A stretch of 63,438 bases of DNA, counting the filler, from Octopus bimaculoides (taxonomy: Eukaryota): NCBI RefSeq assembly GCF_001194135.2. It is 5 parts of 4 records of this genome, joined end to end, with 100 filler letters (N's around TTAATTAATTAA, not from the genome) between each part and the next. Parts side by side here need not be neighbours in the genome. Positions count along the whole stretch, not along the records: positions 51,211 to 55,536 come from NC_069009.1; positions 55,637 to 63,438 come from NC_068990.1; 3 more parts are not named here. One strand, written 5' to 3'. Shown one piece after another: positions 53,786-63,438 of this stretch (its first letter is position 1; each line of letters begins with the position of its first letter). A model generated the notes under the pieces. It made no database searches and was not told the origin of the DNA. It saw nothing but the letters and a program-made list of their open reading frames with translations. The position numbers and the translations under genes are program-made.

Positions 53786-55363
53786 CTATGCTGTATGAAT
53801 ATTAACATGTCTTGTTAGATTAGATTTCTGAGAGAACGCTTTCCCACAGATGTCACAGCCGTACGGTTTCTCCGCTGTATGAATACGCATGTGAGTGGTC
53901 AAGACACCGTTTTTCGAGAACGCTTTCCCACAGATATCACAGCGAAATGGCTTCTCTCCTGTATGAATACGGGTGTGTACAGACAACTGACTGACCGTGA
54001 AGAAAGATTTACCACAGATGTCACAGTGGAATTTTTTCTCTGAAGAATGAGTTTCTCTGTGTTTGGTTAATTCGCTACTCTCTGAGAATGACTGACCACA
54101 GAAACCACAGTGATACGGTTTCTCTTCGATATGAATCAACTTGTGTTTTGTTAAGACACCATTTTGCGTGAATGATTTACCACAGAAATCACAGTGATAT
54201 GGCTTCTCCCCTGTATGAATACGTTTGTGTTTGGTTAAGACTCCATTTTCAGAGAATGATTTACCGCAGACGTCACAATGATATGGCTTTTCGCCTGTAT
54301 GAATGCGTATGTGGATAGTCAAGTGACCACTCTCAGAGAACGATTTATCACAGATTTCACACTGATAAGGTCTCTCTCCTGTATGGATACGTTTATGCCT
54401 GGTCAAGTCGCTATTTCCAGAAAACGATTTACCACAAACGTCGCAATGATATGGTCTCTCACCTGTATGAATGTGCTTGTGTTTGATTAAATGATGACTC
54501 AAAGAGAAAGATTTACCACAAATATCGCAATGATAGGGTTTTTCCCCTGTATGAACATGCTGGTGTTTCTTCAAGACACCATTCCCAGCAAATGACTTAC
54601 CACAAATATCGCACTGATAAGACTTCTCCCCTGCATGGACACACTTGTGCTTGCTTAATATTCCATTTTCATAGAACGATTTACCACAGACTTTACAGTT
54701 AAACGGCTTCTCGCCTGAATGAATACGTCTGTGTATCGCTAAGGTATTTCCATGCGAGAAGCGTTTACCACAGATGTCACAGTGATATGGTTTCTCTCCA
54801 GTATGCACGCGTATGTGTGTAGTTAAATGCCCAGTTTCAGAGAATGCCTTACCACAGACATGACACTTGTATGGTTTCTCTAACGTATGAATACGTCTGT
54901 GTATAATCACTTCACCATTTCTCGCAAACGATTTACTGCAAACTTCGCAGTGATAAGGTTTCTCTCCAGTATGAATGCGTTGATGAACAGTGACTTCACC
55001 ATTTCGAGAGAATGATTTGCCGCACACATTACATTTATATGGCTTCTCTCCCGTGTGAATACGCTGGTGCTTAATCAAGACCCCTTTCTCGGTGAACGAT
55101 TTTCCGCACACGTCGCAGTGATACGGCTTCTCCCCTGTATGAATACGCCTGTGCTTAGCAAAGTTACTGCTTCCAGAAAATGATTTACCACAGATATTAC
55201 AGTGGTACGGTTTCTCTCCTGTGTGACTGCGCATGTGAGTTGTTAAGTTACCTTTCTGAGCAAAATACTTTCCACAGACATTGCAAGGATATAAAGATTT
55301 CCTTATCCCATCAGTTATGATTTCAGGAAAAATCAATTCTTGAATGTTGTCACTAGTTTCCAT
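53786..55363 (-). CDS. C2H2 zinc-finger protein, 525 aa: 24-aa N-terminal peptide followed by 18 tandem fingers; no KRAB, SCAN, BTB or ZAD domain
   Basis: Uninterrupted ORF with 18 x 28-aa C-x2-C-x12-H-x3-H units and TGEKP-type linkers (24 + 18x28 - 3 = 525). An in-frame TAA lies 57 nt upstream of the ATG. Resembles the expanded tandem C2H2 family of octopus; no specific orthologue recognised. Confidence 0.97.
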   Translation of the reverse strand: METSDNIQELIFPEIITDGIRKSLYPCNVCGKYFAQKGNLTTHMRSHTGEKPYHCNICGKSFSGSSNFAKHRRIHTGEKPYHCDVCGKSFTEKGVLIKHQRIHTGEKPYKCNVCGKSFSRNGEVTVHQRIHTGEKPYHCEVCSKSFARNGEVIIHRRIHTLEKPYKCHVCGKAFSETGHLTTHIRVHTGEKPYHCDICGKRFSHGNTLAIHRRIHSGEKPFNCKVCGKSFYENGILSKHKCVHAGEKSYQCDICGKSFAGNGVLKKHQHVHTGEKPYHCDICGKSFSLSHHLIKHKHIHTGERPYHCDVCGKSFSGNSDLTRHKRIHTGERPYQCEICDKSFSESGHLTIHIRIHTGEKPYHCDVCGKSFSENGVLTKHKRIHTGEKPYHCDFCGKSFTQNGVLTKHKLIHIEEKPYHCGFCGQSFSESSELTKHRETHSSEKKFHCDICGKSFFTVSQLSVHTRIHTGEKPFRCDICGKAFSKNGVLTTHMRIHTAEKPYGCDICGKAFSQKSNLTRHVNIHTA

Positions 55364-55489
55364 TCTTCTTCTTCTTCTTTCACCAAAAATACACAGATAT
55401 CGACCTTCTCTTTCTCTTTACAGTTTCTTCCTTACAAAACAGAAACTACACCACTACACTTCCATGAACAGTATCTTTTTTCTCTAAAT

Positions 55490-55510
55490 CTGAATATGCA
55501 ACAAGCTAAA
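55490..55510 (-). promoter_or_regulatory. Probable splice acceptor opening the zinc-finger coding exon (126-nt 5'UTR portion before the ATG)
   Basis: Minus strand reads TTTAGCTTGTTGCATATTCAG|ATTTAG; exon would start at 55489. In-frame stops before the ATG make this part non-coding. Confidence 0.55.
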
Positions 55511-55536
55511 TTGTAAATTTCTCTGATTTTAATACG

Positions 55537-55636
55537 NNNNNNNNNNNNNNNNNNNNNNNNNNNNNNNNNNNNNNNNNNNNTTAATTAATTAANNNNNNNN
55601 NNNNNNNNNNNNNNNNNNNNNNNNNNNNNNNNNNNN
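55537..55636. other. Artificial assembly spacer 44N-TTAATTAATTAA-44N
   Basis: Identical to the spacer at 30556-30655. Confidence 0.97.
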
Positions 55637-55955
55637 GACATTAACACCCCCACCCCCAATAGGGGCCTTCATTCCCACATTTTAGAGCTCCATGAGCTCC
55701 ATTTTGCCGGAGCAAAATCTTTTTTACAGGTTCCAGAAGACTGAAATTTTGGAATATGCGCATAAAGATCAATAGTACGGGATACATGTCTCATGATTAG
55801 AATTTTTTTAGAGTGTGTAAAGAGGGAAAGAACCCTCATGTGCAATTTTGATGAAATTCGAATCATATGTATTCCAGTTCCTTACAGAAAATATAGCAGA
55901 AAAGTCTCATTTTTCAATTGCATGTAACACGGGCAATGCCAGGTATCTCTGCTAG
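55637..55955 (+). mobile_element. Possible Helitron-like 3' end
   Basis: CACGGGCAATGCCAGGTATCTCTGCTAG: degenerate hairpin then CTAG (55952-55955), but followed by G rather than T. Confidence 0.35.
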
Positions 55956-56029
55956 GAGGATAAGCCTATTAAAGGGGTCCATGTGAAAACTCGTTTAAAT
56001 AAAAGGGTTGGGAACCATTTTTCTACATC

Positions 56030-58375
56030 ATGTAGACCAAAGACATGAGGTGTTCTTGATTGCAGGGAAGTGTATCAGAGAAGAGCAAGATGTTGGAGAG
56101 AAGTGTGTATGGAAGGATAATTGCATGCTTGAACTTAGTGATTCTGAAGAGAAAGAGGCATGGAAGTACTATTATAAAAGGTTACTAAATGTAGAAAATA
56201 AATGGGAAAAACAGAGTCTTCTTAATGTGGATCTGACTGAGATTCCAGCAATTCTTGTTGACAGCAGCGTTTCAGATAAAGCAATAAAGAATATGAAGAC
56301 AAGGAGAGCCCCTGGTTCATCAAGAATTACCTCTGAAATGGTTAAAATATCTGGCAGAATAGAATAATCACCCTTATAGTTAATCAGGTTGTATAGGAAG
56401 GTATCATACCCAATGACTGACGTAACAGTATCATAGTAACCTGTTACAAAGGTGCCTTAGAGAGAAGTAATTACAAAGGAATCACATTCTGGAACAGGTT
56501 ATGAAAGTCACTGAAAAAGTCATAGCCCAGTTAATTAGGAAGTGAGTTAACCCACATAAAATGCAATGTGGTTTTGTGCCAGTCGGAAGCACTTCTGATG
56601 CTCTTTTTATAGCTCAGCAACTACAGGAGAAGAATTTAACAAAAAGTAAACCTCTGCACTTAGTGTTGTTGACCTGGAGAAAGCCTTTGACATGGTGCCT
56701 TACCTCCTTATCTGGTGGCCATTGCAAAAGATAAGAGTAGGTGAATGGCAAGTGAAAGGCATTCAAGTTATGTACAGGGTAGCTGTTAGAAAAGTGAGAG
56801 ATAGCGATAAGTACAGTAATGAATTTAGTATGCAAGTAGGCGTTCATCAGGGTTTAGTTAACAGTCCCCTCCTATTTATTATAATCCTCTTGGCCATAAC
56901 AGGAATTTAAGATCAGTTGCCCAGGGTAATTTCTGTATTTTGATGACCTTGTCCTTATAACTGAAAATGTAGATGAATTAGAGTTAAAATTTCAAGAATG
57001 GAAACAAAACCTGAAATCAAAAAGTCTTCAAGTTAATTTAGCAGGTACCAAAGTTGTAGTTAGTAGGGAAACAGGCAGGATGCTGATCTCTGTGAGAAAA
57101 TAGCTGTTTTATACGTAGACAAGGCAGGTAGAAATTTCATGTGGAGTACTCGGTGCAGACTATGGACATGTAAGAGGTGCAGTGGAATCACAGGAAGGTT
57201 AACAGAGAATGTACAGTAGAAGCACACAGGAAACAGATGTTCTGGAATGTCCACAAGGCTCCCTAGAAGTAGTAGATAGCTTCTGTTATTTAGGTGCCCT
57301 AATTAGCAGTGGAAGAGGATGAAGTATAGTTGCTAGCATAAGAACTGGTTGAAGAAAGTTCAGAGAATTTTACTTCTGTTGTTAAGAAAAGGTCTCTCTC
57401 TTTCAGAGTGAAGGGCAGTTTATATGTTGCCTGTGTACAAATAGCAATGCTAAATGATCGTAAAACTTGGGTCTTGAATGCAAAGTACATGTAAAGACTT
57501 GCAAAAAATGAAACTAGCATGCTTTGATAGATGACAAAGTACAAATGTGCTGAGAGAAAAATTGGGCATAAGAGGCAACATATATGGTGCAAGAAAGAAG
57601 ACTGTGCTGGTGTGGTCATATGATGCAGATGAATGAGGACAGTTGTGCAAAAAGTACCAAATACTAAATGTGTAGTGAGTCCATGAAAGAAGGAAACTGA
57701 GGAAGATGTGCGATGAAGTGGTGAAGACTGGCTTCAAGATGTTGAACCTCTCAGAGGAGATGACGGGGAACTGAAATGAATGGTAACATGCTGTGTGAGA
57801 AAACTCATCTATCTCAGCAAATTTGAGATTCTGTTATGCCACTCCCACTACTTACTTTCTAACTCTCATTCTGTGATACTCTACTTCCTTCAATTCCCCT
57901 CTACTGAACTGATATTCTCTGTGGTCAACTCATTCCCTATCTCTAATCATGTCTCACTACTCTCATTCAGTACACTTACCTACACATCCACCTTTTCTGC
58001 TCCTCTATCCTATTTTCTTTCTCATATTCACACTGTACCATGACTTTACATCTCTCTCTCTCTTGAGATGGACAAGCTATGTATTCACCTCTTCAGCAAG
58101 ATACCTGTTCCTGTTCCTCTATCTAATTTCTTATCCCTCAATTGATTACCTCATTCAGTTGAAGGATTTTATCTTGCAGATACTTGGTGACCTCATTTGT
58201 GCTGGTGCCATGTAAAAAACACCTGGTACACTTTGTGAAGTGGCTGGTACTAGGAAGGTCATCCAGCAGTAGAAACCATACCAAAGCAGACATTAGAACA
58301 TAGCGCAGCCCTCTGGCTAATCTGTTTATGTTGAAGCATTCAATCCATGCCAACATGGAAAAAAGGATAAATACT
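56030..58375 (+). mobile_element. 5'-truncated, decayed RTE-clade LINE (RT pseudogene, long pyrimidine-rich 3'UTR and tail)
   Basis: KAIKNMKTRRAPGSSRITSEMVK, NYKGI, MQCGFVP..STSDALFIAQQLQEK, DLEKAFDMVP, GVHQGLVNSPLLFIIIL, DDLVLI, TKVVV, VDSFCYLG; many stops and frameshifts. Confidence 0.95.
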
Positions 58376-58402
58376 GATACACATACATACATACGTACAT
58401 GA

Positions 58403-58721
58403 ACTGGCACTCTGTTGATTTTGATGACAAGTATTCCGGTTGATCTGATCAACAGACTAGCCTGCTCATGAAATTAGAATGTATGTGATTGAGCATTTCA
58501 CAGACGTGCACACTTAACATAGTTCTTAGGGAGATTCAGCATGATGCAGAATATGACAAGGCTGGCCCTTTGAAATGCAGGTACTACCTATTTTTGCCAG
58601 CTTAGTGAATGGAAGTAACAGGAAATAAAGTGTCTGGCTCAAGGACACAATGCACCACTGATTATTGAACTTACAACCTTACAATTGTGACTCGAATATG
58701 CTAACTACTAAGCCATGCACC
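58403..58721 (-). mobile_element. SINE family C, full-length diverged copy
   Basis: Minus strand starts GGTGCATGGCTTAGTAGTTAG (A-box-like) and shares its body with 44496-44658. Confidence 0.85.
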
Positions 58722-58831
58722 TTCACACCTACATGCATACATACATACATATACATATCATGATCATTGTTTAACCTCCACCTTCCATGCTGGCAAGAGT
58801 TGGACAGTTTGACAGGAGTCAGCCAAGAGGG

Positions 58832-58862
<31 letters not shown>

Positions 58863-58978
58863 TACATATATATATATGTATGTATGTATGTATGAATGTA
58901 TGTATGTATACCAGAGTAAGCACATAAATGCAAAACAAAGTGGCAAAAATAGTACTTGAATGCTGGAGGTAGAGTAAT

Positions 58979-59112
58979 ATTCTTTATCAATAAAGCTGCA
59001 AAGACATCACAAAAACTGCTACTCAGAGTTTTACGTTCTCTTTTGTCGGACAGTTAAACCAAAACTGAGTAACAGTTTTTGCGATGTCTTTGCAGCTTTA
59101 TGAATAAAGAAT
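58979..59112. repeat. Long inverted repeat (48-bp arms, 44/48 match, 38-nt loop), probably a Penelope-like terminal structure
   Basis: Left arm 58979-59026, right arm 59065-59112 ending at a gap. Confidence 0.85.
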
Positions 59113-60803
59113 NNNNNNNNNNNNNNNNNNNNNNNNNNNNNNNNNNNNNNNNNNNNNNNNNNNNNNNNNNNNNNNNNNNNNNNNNNNNNNNNNNNNNNNN
59201 NNNNNNNNNNNNNNNNNNNNNNNNNNNNNNNNNNNNNNNNNNNNNNNNNNNNNNNNNNNNNNNNNNNNNNNNNNNNNNNNNNNNNNNNNNNNNNNNNNNN
59301 NNNNNNNNNNNNNNNNNNNNNNNNNNNNNNNNNNNNNNNNNNNNNNNNNNNNNNNNNNNNNNNNNNNNNNNNNNNNNNNNNNNNNNNNNNNNNNNNNNNN
59401 NNNNNNNNNNNNNNNNNNNNNNNNNNNNNNNNNNNNNNNNNNNNNNNNNNNNNNNNNNNNNNNNNNNNNNNNNNNNNNNNNNNNNNNNNNNNNNNNNNNN
59501 NNNNNNNNNNNNNNNNNNNNNNNNNNNNNNNNNNNNNNNNNNNNNNNNNNNNNNNNNNNNNNNNNNNNNNNNNNNNNNNNNNNNNNNNNNNNNNNNNNNN
59601 NNNNNNNNNNNNNNNNNNNNNNNNNNNNNNNNNNNNNNNNNNNNNNNNNNNNNNNNNNNNNNNNNNNNNNNNNNNNNNNNNNNNNNNNNNNNNNNNNNNN
59701 NNNNNNNNNNNNNNNNNNNNNNNNNNNNNNNNNNNNNNNNNGTGAGGATTGGATACCGCAGGACAAACTCGTGCAAAGGAAGGAAAACCGAGGTAAGCTG
59801 ATTACATCTACTCGCACACATACACCACAAAATCAAAAATTAGCACTAAGCTTAAGGACACACGAGGCTTCAACCTGTTTAGAAATAGGAGCCAGAGTCC
59901 CAAACCTACCACCGAAATATGACAGAGGCAACAGTAGGTGAGCAAACAGTTAAAGTATTAAACAGTTCAAAACATATCATTAAAGATTATGTCATTTGGA
60001 AATTCATGGGATCTTTTCCCTTTCAACAGCAGATCGAGAAATTAATTTTTTGTAACTAAACACTTTCAAACTTCGAACACTGGTAGAATGTGTCATATAA
60101 AGCATCTTTTACTGTTAGTGTTGTTGAGAAAAGTTTATATTTTCAAAGTTGTTTTGTGTTAAAGTTATCATATTTCAATAATTTCAACCAATCAATGATG
60201 TGCATTCAGCTGAATAAAATTATTGCTGTTGTTTGTCAACAACAACTTCCGGTGGTGTATATTTCATTTGTCACTGTTATTTATGACATATTTCATCTCA
60301 GTTGCATTCGTATGAATAAACGAGTGTATCTGAAGCATGTTTACCTGAGGAATGACTGTTTTTGGGAGTAAAATCATTTTTCCATTCTAATGAACTTGGA
60401 TATGAGTTTCTTATATGATTTTATATAGTCTTAATTCAGCCATGAAACCCGTGTAGTCGATGCACAAATACTTACTTTTATACATTATATTGTATTAATT
60501 TTTATCGTTCAATTTATACTTTATTTGATTTTTAGATTAATATTTTTATGTTGAATATTTCTTTGTATGGTATTCAATGTGATTTTAAAAGTATTTGATT
60601 TTATATATTATATGATTGTAATAATCTTACTGTTTAATATTATATATTATTAAAATTTTAGATTAGTATTTTGTATGGTATATGTCTCACGGTATGGTTT
60701 TAGATGGATTCTTCATTGACTGAGTTGTGGAATGGTAGTTTGTCTCTAAATTAGTTATATATGTGTGTGTGTGTTTGTGTGTGTGTATACATATACACAT
60801 ACA

Positions 60804-60836
<33 letters not shown>

Positions 60837-60843
<7 letters not shown>

Positions 60844-61487
60844 GAGTGAGGGAGGAAGACAGTGAAACTAGCTTCCATACATGTTGAATATAGATGTTCA
60901 AATAAAAACATCAACAATTTGCCTTAATATGAAATAGCTGTAAAGCAGGCAAGATGAATAAAAGCTTATTTAAAATTATAGTGGGTAATACTGTACTAGT
61001 TTCATGTTTAATGTACAAATTAGATAAATTGATTTTAAAAAATCAATTTGATTTAGATTTGTCGCATATTACACTCCTCAGTAGTATATTCCCATATTTA
61101 CAAAAAATACGTATGACTTTAAAATATTATCTTTATTCATCCACAGCAATTTGTAATTCAACAATTACCTTTATTCACCTACAGCAATTTGTAATTCAGG
61201 GTACCCCAATATTTTCCAAAAAGTTAGAGGGAAAGAAAATGCTATGCTTTCTATCCACAATTCAGCATGCCTTTCTTCCCGAGGCGGCAAATATGTATAT
61301 ATATAGACAGAGAGAGCGGGGAAGACAGTGACACTAACTTCCGTACATGTTGAATATAAATGTTCAAATAAAATCATCAACAATTTGCCTTGATATGAAA
61401 TAGCTGTAAAGCGGGTGAGATGAATAAAAGTTTATTTAAAATTATAGTGGTTAATACTGTACTAGTTTCATGTTTCATGTACAAATT
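60837..61487 (+). repeat. Direct duplication of an approximately 185-bp unique segment (60837-61021 and 61302-61487), each preceded by (TA)n
   Basis: GAAGACAGTGA.ACTA.CTTCC.TACATGTTGAATATA.ATGTTCAAATAAAA...GTACTAGTTTCATGTTT.ATGTACAAATT in both copies. Confidence 0.92.
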
Positions 61488-61504
61488 TACATTATATACT
61501 GCTT

Positions 61505-62200
61505 GCTTTTTTCCTGCCACCAGCACCAGTGAGATCATCATGATTTTCACAAAACAATGAACACCAAAGAAGTGGATGATGACTTTATATTAGAAGATGA
61601 GGGATTAAAGTATGAGAGAAGAGGACAGAACAAGTCTTGTAGAAAAGCTACAGGGCTACTCACATTTAGAAAAGAAGGGGTATGAATGATCAGTTGGAGC
61701 TGCAAAGAAATAAATAGTGGTGACAAGGCATCTAAGTAGCTCTCCAAGGTATGAGGTAAGTAAAAGTGAGTGGGGATAAAGGAACTAGGAGTGTGAGTGG
61801 GTGGTGGTCTGCAAGAGTATATGGGAGAGCAAGAGAGGAGGGATGGGAAAGGGGCGGGGTGGCGAGCAACAACTATAAAGATTGGGTAGGGTTGAAGGGT
61901 AGATGTCGGGAGTGATGGATAAGGATTGGGGATGACCAATGGTGCATGAGCTGGAGAAAGAAGAGGGATGCAGAAGAGAGTGGAGGGAAGGGAGCAACAG
62001 GATAATAATGATGATATGGTTGACAGGCGGTGGGGACCAAAGAGAGATTTGATATGTAGTTAGGTAGGCTGCAGGAGTGTAGGGTCAGAGAGGTAGCAGG
62101 TTTGGTGCGTGCAGAGAGATAAGTTGGTGGCCTAATGGTGGTGGTAGTAGATGATAAATGTAACATATGTGTTATATGGACTGTTGGATTTGTTTGTGTT
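61505..62200 (-). mobile_element. RTE-LINE 3'UTR fragment, inverted relative to the LINE at 56030-58375
   Basis: Minus strand CAAGACTTGTTCTGTCCTCTTCTCTCATACTTTAATCCCTCA and GATCTCACTGGTGCTGGTGGCAGGAAAAAAGCA align with 58095-58225. Upper boundary approximate. Confidence 0.6.
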
Positions 62201-62278
62201 CGTCTGAGGTCCTAATGTAGTTCATCTGAGGTCCTTGTTTCATTGTTGTTTTGAATGACTGTGGAAGTTAAAGGTTAT

Positions 62279-63438
62279 TGATATATATGGCGAGGACAAA
62301 ATTCTCGTTTCTTAATAATGAACATTCGGTGAGTGCGTTCTTTGTCTATAATTAATAAATAAATGTAATAACTAAGTTGTACAACTCGTTGTCTTTTCTC
62401 TGAGAGTCCCCCGAGAGGAATACAACAGAGTTTATTGGCGTCGCCGGTAGGATTACATGCATACTTTGCCGTAAAATTGTTCATCTTAATAACAATGGCT
62501 GAAAAACGGACAGTAGAGCTTATAAAGTTGTTTAGGGAACAAATGGAACAGCAAATGCAACAACATAAGAGAGATATGGACACACTGTTAAAACTGTTTG
62601 GTGCTTCACAAGTTGAAGGCGATTCCAGTGGCTATTTTTCAGCTGCTTCGACAACAGTGTCGATTCCACCATTTGCTGCATTTGATTCAACAACAGAACT
62701 ATGGCCTGATTACTGGTCAAGATTCTGCACGTTTGTGGCTGCTAATGCGGTACCTGAACAAAGCATAGCACAAGTGTTCCTGACCAATCAGACCGCTACT
62801 ATTTACAAGCAACTTGCTAATCTGGCTACTCAACAAAATCCGCCTAAAGATATCAACAACTTGACAATGAACGAAATCGTTGACTTCATGAAGGAACAGT
62901 TCAACCCAAAACTTTTCATTGTGAGAGAGCATTTCAAGTTTTGGAGTGATATGCAACGGAAGCCAGGCGAAACTCTACAGGAGCTGGTAGCAAGTATACG
63001 TCAGGATGTGGCTACCTGTGATTTTCCATCGATCACCAACCCACAGCATGAAACTCTGAGACAGAGATTCAGATGTTCGGTCAACAATGAAGCGATTCTG
63101 AAGGCGCTTTTTAAGATCAAAGACACAGAACTAGATTTTGCCCGTGCTGTCCAAGTTGCCATCGAGACTGAAGACGCAGCAAAGGTTGCTAAAGAAACTG
63201 TTTACGGTTCCAAAACCAAGCAAGTCTACAAGGTCCAACAGAACAAGAATAAGAGTCCTCAAAAGAACCATCAGCAGTCTTATTCCACAGACCAGGAGAA
63301 ATGCTACTGATGTAGAAAGACCCACAAAGCGACAGACTGTCCTTTCAAAGAATCCAAATGTCATTTTTGTGACAAAAAGGGACATTTGCAAGCGGTATGT
63401 AGAAAAAAACAACATCAGCAACACAATGGCCACTCACA
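62279..63438 (+). mobile_element. 5' end of a Gypsy LTR retrotransposon: LTR of about 150 bp (62279-62427), PBS (62436-62454), gag from ATG 62495
   Basis: TG...CA LTR containing AATAAA; PBS TGGCGTCGCCGGTAGGATT; gag motifs PPFAAFDSTTELWPDYWSRF, FLTNQ, ERFKFW-like REHFKFW, C-terminal zinc knuckles. Confidence 0.93.
62495..63438 (+). pseudogene. Gypsy gag with a premature TGA (63308-63310) inside the first of two zinc knuckles
   Basis: The frame continues past the stop: KCY*CRKTHKATDCPFKESKCHFCDKKGHLQAVCRKK. Confidence 0.88.

Noticed and set aside
60225-60260. ETS-like ACTTCCGGT as the zinc-finger promoter
   Set aside because: It lies beyond an artificial join from the gene, and in sequence that looks like a dispersed repeat.

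Overview
AT-rich animal genomic DNA, most likely an octopod cephalopod. That assignment is inferred from the very high microsatellite density, Octopus-type tRNA-derived SINEs, an RTE LINE and the style of the zinc-finger gene. About a quarter of the window is N. Four identical 100-bp spacers (44 N + TTAATTAATTAA + 44 N) show the window is five separate pieces stitched together: 1-30555, 30656-46731, 46832-51110, 51211-55536 and 55637-63438. Adjacency across those points cannot be trusted. The only intact gene is an 18-finger C2H2 zinc-finger CDS (53786-55363, minus) whose coding part has no intron. The rest is microsatellites and decayed mobile DNA: three SINE families (over 20 copies), two mariner remnants, a Tc1-like element with DD36E spacing, hAT and piggyBac-type MITEs, Helitron-like elements, Penelope-like remnants, CR1-group and RTE LINE remnants, and the 5' end of a short-LTR Gypsy element. 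Nearly all other ORFs in the supplied track are artefacts of N runs and simple repeats. I see no rRNA, tRNA gene or CRISPR array, and I cannot demonstrate a new biological system from this sequence. The best leads are the DD36E Tc1 element, a candidate unannotated in-frame exon near 44 kb, the short N-terminal peptide and repetitive recognition helices of the zinc-finger protein, nested TTAA-joined MITE halves, modular SINE tails and Penelope hairpin/hammerhead-like remnants.
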